Source of the DNA: Octopus sinensis
Taxonomy: Eukaryota
DNA: 64,000 bases
Reading direction: 5' to 3'
Assembly: GCF_006345805.1 (NCBI RefSeq)
Contig: NC_042999.1
Location: 87,730,001-87,794,000 of the forward strand
Under the pieces are notes generated by a model. The model was not told the origin of the DNA. It ran no database searches and saw only the letters and a list, made by a program, of their open reading frames with translations. A program made the position numbers and the translations under genes. The first letter of the stretch is position 1, and each line of letters opens with the position of its first letter. Positions 54,190 through 64,000 of this stretch are shown one piece after another.

Positions 54190-54239
54190 AGCTGCTGCTG
54201 CTGCTACTACTAATACTACTACTGCTGCTGCTGCTGCTG

Positions 54240-54295
<56 letters not shown>

Positions 54296-54316
54296 ACTAC
54301 TACTACTACTACTACA

Positions 54317-54397
<81 letters not shown>

Positions 54398-54480
54398 ACT
54401 ACTACTACTACTACTACTACTACTATTACTACTACTACTACTACTACTACTATACTACTACTACTACTACTACTACTACT
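54190..54480. repeat. Compound (ACT)n/(GCT)n tract
   Basis: Direct reading of the sequence. Confidence 0.95.
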
Positions 54481-54678
54481 TTCTTATATAGGTAAAGACC
54501 ACAAATTTCAATCGAATCCAGTAAATGAATGGTATTCAATTTATCAACTAGAGAATCATGAGTAATAAACGTGACACCAAAACTATCTCCATGTTGTATT
54601 AATATATCTTTATACATGCATATACGTATACATGTATATAACTCTATATGTCCCTCTAATTTTCTCTGTATATTTATA

Positions 54679-54712
<34 letters not shown>

Positions 54713-54842
54713 CAAAAACACATATTTTATATAAGTCTTTTCGGTAAAGCGAATAAATCTATTTAAATATAATTGATTACACTTATCTCTAAAACTATAT
54801 TGAGTCATGAATAAAGTGTATTCCTATATGAATAAGTAAATG

Positions 54843-54926
<84 letters not shown>

Positions 54927-54970
54927 CTGTCCAAATGTTTTAAGGTCCTCTATTGCGTTTTTGTTCTATT

Positions 54971-55040
<70 letters not shown>

Positions 55041-55043
<3 letters not shown>

Positions 55044-55215
55044 AAAGTTTACGAAAACAACAAAAGACGAAGACTGGTGGTGTACAAAACAAACAGATGT
55101 ATTAGTATAACGCTCAGGAATAGAAAAAGTCTTTTACGTTTCGAACCTACGCTCTTCTACAGAAAGGGACACAAAAAAATCAAGGAGAGAAACAAGGAGA
55201 GACAAAAATGTGTGT
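55041..55215 (-). mobile_element. Family C short repeat with the best-preserved variant hammerhead-like motif
   Basis: Minus strand 55131-55166: CTTT CTGTAGA A GAGC GTAG GTTC GAAAC GTA AAAG. Confidence 0.8.
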
Positions 55216-55223
55216 AGTGGCTG

Positions 55224-55420
55224 GAGGCGCAATGGCCCAGTGGTTAGGGCAGCGGACTCGTGGTCGTATGATCACGGTTTCGATTCCCAGACCGGGCGTT
55301 GTGAGTGTTTATTGAGCGAAAACACCTAAAGCGATCACTGATGTACTCTCTCACTCTTTCTTCTGTTCGCCTGCTCGCTTAGCTAGCGGGGTGGCGTCAC
55401 TTGAAGGCTAAAAAACAATG
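55224..55420 (+). mobile_element. SINE family E (tRNA head), probably internally deleted
   Basis: A box TGGCCCAGTGG, B box GGTTTCGATTCC; no acceptor stem or CCA. Confidence 0.75.
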
Positions 55421-55697
55421 TGACGATTTGGTAGACGGAAACTTAAAGAAACCGGTCGTATATATATCTATATATATATATATATAAATATGTGTGTGTG
55501 CTTGTCTGTCTGTTTGTTCCCCCACCATCGCTTGACGACCGATGTTGGTGTGTTTACGTCCATGTAACATAGCATTCGGCAAAAGAGACCGATAGAATAA
55601 GTACTAGGCTTACAAAGTATAAGTCCTCGGGTCGATTTGTTCGATTGAGAGGTGGTACTCCAGCATGGCCGCAGTCAAATGACTGAAAAAATAAAAG
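55421..55697 (+). mobile_element. SINE family B, 5'-truncated
   Basis: GATTTGGTAGACGGAAAC..., internal microsatellite, complete right half. Confidence 0.85.
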
Positions 55698-58492
55698 AAT
55701 ATATATAATCTGGTGAGTGGAACAGGTAAAATGCACGTTACATTTGTTTCTTTACTATCTGAAGCTCATAATGCATTTGTTATGCAATGAGCTAATAATC
55801 AGGATGATATCTTAACGAAAATTACACTGACGCATGGGCTTTCTAAGTGGTGAGCTCAACTGAGTGTCCCCCGCATGTTACTTATATAATATATTTACAT
55901 ATATGAATATGTATAGGCCTGTATATATGTGTGTATGTATAACTATGCATGTATGTAGATGCATGCACACATATGTTTATGCTCGGATGCATGTGCGTGC
56001 AGGTTTGAGAATCCAAACAGGAAAAGTGGAACACAAACCATGAGCATTTATATTTTTTACTAACAGTTGTTTAAGAGCAACTTAAGAACCGAGTGTTTCA
56101 TGCGTAAGCATTTATCAAAAAATCTCTCGGCCCATGAGTCATTCTGTTACTTCTGCCAATTATTCATACATATACATATATATGTATAATTATATGACCC
56201 AAACACCAGAGTCCAATATCAACGTTATGAAACGCAGTTGAATCTTTCCCTCACCAACAAATACAGTACTCTAATTTTATTACATTTTCTATCTATTTAT
56301 AGATAGAGAGCAGTGAGATGTGTTTTTCAAAAGCTCACTGTAAAATAAAATGGCTCTTCTGTGGTAACGTTTATGAAGCGAATTTCAAGGAATACAGTAT
56401 AGTTTAATGCTATATAATTAATGTATATTGCTTGCTACAGGTATTAGCTGGAATAGTTGTTACGGTTGGAAGAAAGCTATGTAATACCAGTAGTAATAAA
56501 TAAATTCAAAGTAGCAATATATTTTATACATTGACATATACTCTCTTTTTCGCTTTTCTAATCTACTCTCTTTCACTCGCTCTCTTGTTTTATATGTGTA
56601 TGTCTGTCTGTCTGTGTCATCTGACACACCTGAAAGCATACACTCATATTACTTCAAATAAATACATGATCTGTGGAAGATTAATGTTTCAAGATCGATG
56701 CATTTACTAACATAGTTAAACATACATATCCGAACTTTGACACATATTCACAGACATACATATATGCTGTCATACACGTATGTTTGTGGACGACTACCAA
56801 CATATCTTGTTTTGTTTTAATGTTTCAGATCAACCTGGTATATAGCTTCATTACGATCCCTGAACGTGTTTTGTTGTTGTAAAGACCGTGTACAAAAAAC
56901 ATTTTCTCAACTTCTATATCTGTATCAACCTATATATTTGTATGACATACATTTTTACATCAATTTATGTAATGATTTTACTGTTTATAACATAGGGAAA
57001 TGACTAAGAAATAGCTATGTAGAATCTATAGTGTCAGTACAGATGAATTAATAATAGAAGCTTTATTTCAGTGCATCATTATATATTGGTAAATGTTTAT
57101 AGTTGACAGCGAGATCTGATTTCAACCATCATATATACTGACCTCTAGTAAGTTTTGTTGATATTTTTGATTTTGTTTTATATTATAGGTTTCATTTCAT
57201 ATTTCAATTAATAAACAGTAGAATCGTTGGTTATAGATATCCAATGGGGCAATCACAGGTTCACTGCAATTTTGATGGACAAGAGCGACAAGGGTATGTT
57301 TATAACTTGGTGCAGAAGAAATATCGACAAAAAGTCGTTCGGAAAGCAACAGTGACTCGGTCATCGGCAATATTACTTGCTGGAAAGTTCGCATATGAAC
57401 TACACATGTGAATAAACACACACGTATATACACACCCACATACTCACACACACGGGCGCGTGTGCACACACGTATATATATGTGTGTGTATTTATGTATG
57501 TATGTATTTAGGTGTGTTTATATACACAATGGAGCATATTGTGCAATTTTTATCTACCAATCTATTTCCTATGGTTTTGTTTGATCTGAGACATTTTAGA
57601 AGACGCCTAATATTCCGACCAATGTGATCGAAGATTGAACCAATTATGTACCAATTGAGCTTATTCACACACCCTCTTTACCCTCTTTTACTCCCAGATC
57701 AGCCCCGATCAAGCAGAATTACATTCAAAGGCGGAAACACGCCTAGAAACATTGTGAGAGTCTCTACATAGACAGAAGAGAGGTATATGCGGAAAATATG
57801 TCTGACTAAATACTTCCTAATGCATTTCCTGTTTCGTTATACCTGGCGTCTCACCATTTACATGTTTTGCATGAAGATACATCTGTGTGAAGCTTATCAG
57901 GAGTTATCTTTCCCTTTATCATCTTGCTATAATGTTTCTCTTTGTAATGACTTAATATGGTAGAAATTGTAGAATGTAACTCTACCCAGTCTTTTGACAT
58001 ATAGATATGGAGCATTATGAATTCAAAGACCTCACAGTTCACATATGATTCTCACTGTTGTGCAGCCAGTGAAATAAATACCAGTCAAACAATATGGTCA
58101 GTTTAACGGACTGTTCCAATTCCTTAAATGCATGACCATATTTCAATTCTTGAAATAACTATTGATATCACCGTACGCTGAACTTGTGTCACAATCGTTA
58201 AAGCAACTTGACAAAATTTCTAGAAATAATTTCGGTCATTTATTATCCGAGTTTCTCCTTCACTATAGCAAAATATGATTATACCTCTCTCAGTCTAGTA
58301 TTTATGCATGAAATTAATACTGTAAATCTTAGAGAACTCATTAAAGTGTTTTAAGCATAATTTTGAAGTTGCGTATGTATGTTTATGCGTATGAGTGTAT
58401 ATGTAAGGATACAAACACCCATATATAATAGAGGTATATATGTATATATATGTTTGTGTGTGCGTGTGTGTGTGTATGTGTATATAAACATA

Positions 58493-58531
<39 letters not shown>

Positions 58532-58691
58532 CGTTACTCTTTTATGTACACTCCTTTATGTACACTGTTTTGCTCTACATCATTATGTTTAACCTTATAG
58601 TTTCTTATGTGGTAGTTTAATAAAGTATGTGATGGAGTATTATTTGGTAATTGATATTTGATTTCGATGTATTTCACCATTTTCTTATTTT

Positions 58692-58746
<55 letters not shown>

Positions 58747-59085
58747 CACACACATATATGCATGAATATATTCACACTATTTAAGTGATTAAATATCAAC
58801 ATTTACTCAGAGCTCTTGTGATTTGGATATGATAAATATAATACAATATTATTAAAATTAATAATGTTTATTTCGTTGCAGTAATGTAAATAAGAAATAG
58901 ACACTTATTGAGTTAATGTATCTTTAAAGATAGAATTTAATGTAAATGCATCTTCATCTTATTAAGTAGATAGGTGACGAATGCGGAGAAACTAATTGAC
59001 ATTAACTAACTCAGTATGATGAACACACACGTTATTGTTGCTATTGCATTCTTATAAAATGTTAATATTGAATCTCTTGTTTTAT

Positions 59086-59297
59086 GTGGCAAGCTGGCAG
59101 AATCTTTAGCTGGCCAGGCAAAATTGCACTAGGTTGTCTTTATACTCTATATTCAAATGCCGCCGATGTCAACTTTGTTTTTCGACCTTTCGGGGTTCGA
59201 TAAAATAATGACCAGTTCCACACTGCGGTCGACGTAATCGACTTACCACAACCCCATGAAACTGCTTGCCTTGTGCCAAAATTTGAAAGCAGTATTT
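59086..59297 (+). mobile_element. SINE family A, diverged
   Basis: GGCAAGCTGGCAGAATC...CCTTGTGCCAAAATTTGAAA. Confidence 0.75.
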
Positions 59298-59982
59298 AAT
59301 CCCTTGAAGTCAAGTTGCTTATTTTCACTGATTTAACAGGACATTTGATATCACTGAGATTACTTCGAAGGGGCATTTATAAGAATAGGAATTGGGAATC
59401 GAGATGCATATGTCACGTGAAAAATGCTTCGTCTCTGTGTGCTTTTACGAAATAACACTATAAACTGGCATCAAATATGCTATTACTGCAATATATATAT
59501 ATATAAACACACAAACACACACACACATACACACATATATATATAAACATACACATACACCGCCTCCCATATATGTGTAGGTGTTTTGGTTTTGTATTTG
59601 GTTTGCAAGATTCTTGAAGTGAACTCGCGTAGGTTAAGACCTGAGGTAGAGATGTGTTTCTGTGGAAGCCGTGACCAAGGGACTTTGACAAACTCAACTG
59701 ACTGTTTGACATACGGAACCATTAATCAAACATTGTAAGAGGATTGACGAATGAGGATAAAATAAGTGAAATACAACCAGTGTGTGTGATCATTATTGGC
59801 ATAATGTCCCTCGCAAGATACAGCGATATATACATATCGCGTTTTTAGTTATTTAAATTCTTCCTCTAACATATTAAACTTGGGAAATGAATTTCATATT
59901 TTTATTCTTCCACCTATAGAATGCATCGTAATGTGCGAGAGAGTTGGTTGATTTCTTTTTCTGAAAAGCCTGGTTTATCCTG

Positions 59983-60172
59983 ATGTATGTATGTATGTAT
60001 GTATGTATGTATGTATGTATGTATGTATGTATGTATGTATGTATGTATGTATGTATCTATGTATGTATCCATGTATGTATCTATGTTTGCATGCATGTAT
60101 GTATGTATGTATGTATGTAATGTATGTATGTATGCATGTATGTATGTATGCATGTATGTATGTATGTATGTA
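59983..60172. repeat. (ATGT)n microsatellite
   Basis: Direct reading of the sequence. Confidence 0.95.
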
Positions 60173-61339
60173 GGCATATTTATGCGATGTTCGATATTAT
60201 CGAACTTTCGGTCAGTTAAAATATTTCGACTTCTAAAGACAAATTCATTGCAGCTACCTTGGAGGAAAAATTATCTCGTAAGGTAACGCTTAGAACCTTT
60301 TTTGCTCTACGGTAACTTCAGTAAATTTGCCTTTGAAAGTTGAAATATGTCGTAAATACTGCTTGGCAGCTGATACTACAGAATGTATACATATATATAT
60401 ATATATATATACACACACAAAGACTCCGTCGGTCACAAGTTCGAGCAAAGGTGTTTATTGAAGACCGGCGGTCGCCGATGCATAAAGTGCAAAAATATTT
60501 TAATACAGTTATTTCTAATTTTTAATAGAAGTAATAACTTGTAACAAAATTTTTAGTTGTAATAAAAGCTAATATTTTCTATATCTAAAAATATTTTATC
60601 TGAAACTTTATCCTTCGCTGCAATATGTTAAGTAAACATTTTCTTGTTCTGTACTTTACCAGATGTAATGACTTGTCCTGAACCTTTCCAAGTGTAATAA
60701 GTTGTCGTGTACTTTTCCAGATTTATAATCTTAAGAATATTATTTCCCTTGCTCGCATTTTTCCATGTAATATATATACGCATTATATGAAACAAAAATG
60801 AGCAAAGGAAATTACACAGAATAGCGAGTTGCTTCCTTTTGAGAAACGAAGACGAATATAGTGTGTATTTTAAATTCCTGACGTATTGGAGTTAGTTACG
60901 CTTTCAGTGTGGATAGACTAATTACTTGGTAGAAATTAGTATTGACTTCAAATAAGAAAAAAAGGATAATCTTATGAATTCTCCGACATTAGCATACCCT
61001 TAAGGAACAGACAAATGCACCAACACATATATGTCGTCAAAAATAGATTACACGACTAAGTAAATTCAGAAAACTATAACCATAATCATTGTTTGACTTT
61101 TGCATGTCAATAAAGATCTTGAAGACCTAAAATTTATAAATCGAATAGTTTAAAACCGAAACAACAGAAAGAAAGCCTTTTTCATAATTATATAAAACAA
61201 GGAGAGACTTATTTTGTCTTCAACTTATAATTGAGATATTTGCTGATTCAATAACTAAACTACAAACACTATTGAATACATGCATATATACATACGTACG
61301 TGCATACATACATGCATACATACATACATACATACATAT

Positions 61340-61370
<31 letters not shown>

Positions 61371-61426
61371 TATATATATGCATATGTATATCTATATGCC
61401 TGTGCATTTATGTATATTTACACATA

Positions 61427-61465
<39 letters not shown>

Positions 61466-62984
61466 ATACACACAACTATGAAATAAATTTCAGGATCATA
61501 TTAACAGAAACAGCAGAACAAAAGCAAGAAGGATATTGGAAAAGTATTCATTTTATTTTCTGAAGAAAGCCTATTGTATACTGGGATACATACATCTGCA
61601 TTATCAATGAAAAATGGATAATTACTGAACAGATAAGGATCACAACTCATCAGGAAGTGTCAATTCGATTGTGATGTGAAGGAAACTGATATTTCTGATA
61701 TGTCAAGCAGAAACTACAAGACCGCATAAAGTACATTACAGGCGATTGAATCAGTAAGAATAGTATTGTTCTGATAAGATGATATTGAATATTATTAGGA
61801 CGTATAATGACCTGTTGTATTTTATGCATTCAACAATAATACTGATGGCACGAGAAGCTATATAACAATGAAGAATAAATGTCGAAGTTGAATGATGCTT
61901 TTGAAAACTTAAAAGTCTATTATATGGGAGTGTAACCGAATTTTTTCTGTTATTAAGCGTATTAACCTGGGAGAGTTTGACCGAAATTTGAATATGTTTT
62001 GAAGCATATAAACCAAGACATACCATATGTAGTTTCACTAGTAATCGAAATATTCTACAGAAGCTAGTCAAATTTATTAGCGGTTAAGTTGTGAATTTTA
62101 CAAACACTTTGCATTTTAAAAAAGATTGTTATTCATGTTTAAAAAATCTAAATTAGAATAATTCGAGATAGTATCTAACCAAATGCTGCATCTCCTTGGA
62201 ACGTTTAGATAGTTTAGATTGATTTAAGCATATAAACGTATAAAGTTTGGAGTTGAAGCAAAGTCTTGGCCTCTAAATTACTCTAATTCTTCACTCTGTG
62301 CCTTAACTATTTGAAATACTCCGTCAAACATAACCAAAACAATTCTACAAAAGCCAGGATGATATATGAAATATATATATATATATAAATATTGACCAAT
62401 AAAAAAACCTCTTTGAAAGACGTTAGAACATTTTCTATTTAAACAATGTAATTACTTTTGAGTTCCAAATCACATTTAGGAAAAGTAAGTAGAATGGAAA
62501 TCATTTACGCGTATAAGGCTGTATTTACGTGTTGGAGCCAAAATCATGATTGTTTATAATCAATTATGAAGAAGACTGCTAACACTTTCGTCCTATCATC
62601 TCTTTTCCTTCCATCACATCATGATTGTCTCCCGCAGCAATTCGTACAGCTATTGATTTATCCCCTCAATACTTCCTATGCAATCAATATTGTTGGCACT
62701 GTCTGCTGTTAGACAGCTTTTATCAATTTAATGACAAATCAATTTCCCTTCCCAACAAATTTTAATATACAAGTTTATTTATCAAATATTTATTTGCTAA
62801 ATCACATTTCATTAAGGTACTATGACTATACGGAAGATATGTATTAGAGTTATAGAATAAATTTCCTAACAAAATATTTCTACAAAATTATTAATTAAAA
62901 GTTGTTCATCCTTGAGACTCAACATTGGCACAGAAGTCTGTTTTAGAATATGTTCGTTGAGAGAATATAAAGTTAATAATACCT

Positions 62985-63194
62985 ATTTCGAATTTTGGCA
63001 CAAGGCCAGTGATTTGGGGGGCGGAGGAATCGATTACATCGACCCCAGTAATCAATTGTTACTTATTTTATCGATCTCGAAAGGGATGAAAGGCAAAGTC
63101 GGCATCGGCGGAATCTGAACTCAAAACATAGTGAAGGACGCAACGCCGCTAAACATTCTGGCCGGTGTGCTAACGATTCTGCCAGCTCGCCATC
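62985..63194 (-). mobile_element. SINE family A, full length
   Basis: Colinear with 4615-4832. Confidence 0.85.
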
Positions 63195-63594
63195 TTTATA
63201 AAGATATTAGTATAAACGAAAAGATACCAACATATTTTGCAACGAATTAAACTCCCATCAGCATTGATAGAGTGTCACATGGTGGTACATACCAGTTCTA
63301 GGAACTATTAAATATTGAAGGGAAAACAAAGCCAAAGCAAAATCTAATCTTATACCCATTTGAAAAATGGAAATATGTAAACAAAAATGAAACCGAAAAA
63401 TAACAGTGGCTCCCACTAACGAAATCTGAGGAATATATCACAGAACTCTTACTCTGTTATATATTGGTTACAAGAGTGTGTGTATGCGTGTATGTGTGTG
63501 TGTGTGTGTCAGAGAGATAGAAAGGTAGAGAAAGAGAGAGCCACTTACACACACATGAGAACACACACGTTCACTCTCACTCACTTTTCTCCCT

Positions 63595-63632
<38 letters not shown>

Positions 63633-64000
63633 TCCCTGTTTCACACACACGCACACGCACTTCCATTTCATATACGCGTACATATATATTCCCCTTTCTC
63701 CTCTCTTTCACTTTAAAACAAAAGTAAATGTATAAAAAATTTTCTACGGAAATTAACGAATTCGAATGACAAGCAAAAGATCGCTATTTATTTGAAAATA
63801 ATAATAAAAAACATAAAAAACATTGTCTGTTTAAGGAAAGCTAAAATATAAACACTTACTGTACAAACAACTTACATTTTTGAAATCCCATTCAGTTAAA
63901 GATATTTCTAAATGATTAAAATATTGTGTGAATCAAAAAGTTTTCTTTTTTCTTAGAGAGCGCGAAGGCTATGTGTCACAGATAGCGGATGTGTGTTTGT

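Noticed and set aside
55224-55300. tRNA gene (also the heads at 20043, 22123 and 39703)
   Set aside because: A and B boxes are present but there is no acceptor stem, and each continues into a SINE body.
60422-60482. GC-rich hairpin with minus-strand AATAAA, resembling an LTR fragment
   Set aside because: Too short; no TG...CA ends or TSD.

Overview
AT-rich, microsatellite-dense eukaryotic DNA; no intact protein-coding gene is supported. The SINE families and microsatellite load suggest an octopus (coleoid cephalopod) genome. That is an inference from recalled repeat sequences, not a search result. Most ORFs in the track are microsatellite artefacts. The window holds four tRNA-headed SINE families, RTE and REL-endonuclease (R2-group) LINE fragments, two dead mariners, a duplicated non-autonomous Helitron, several decayed Penelope-like element (PLE) remnants, and a possible decayed FN3-repeat gene at 42.6-47.1 kb. 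The main hidden signal is a set of hammerhead ribozyme (HHR) motifs from four mutually dissimilar non-coding repeat families. (1) An intact type I HHR at 37726-37791 inside an element with a 510-bp repeat period and PLE-style partial-tandem plus inverted ends. (2) A family with compensatory stem changes and a long stem I (51651-51695, 722-767, 976-1021). (3) An HHR with an extended stem II (27655-27786). (4) A four-copy family with a variant CUGUNGA core. An RTE LINE at 1138-1960 has an 11-bp target-site duplication (TSD) and twin-priming-type 5' inversion geometry. All alignments, translations and folds were done by eye; SINE family letters A, B, D and E and repeat family letters C and F are my own labels.
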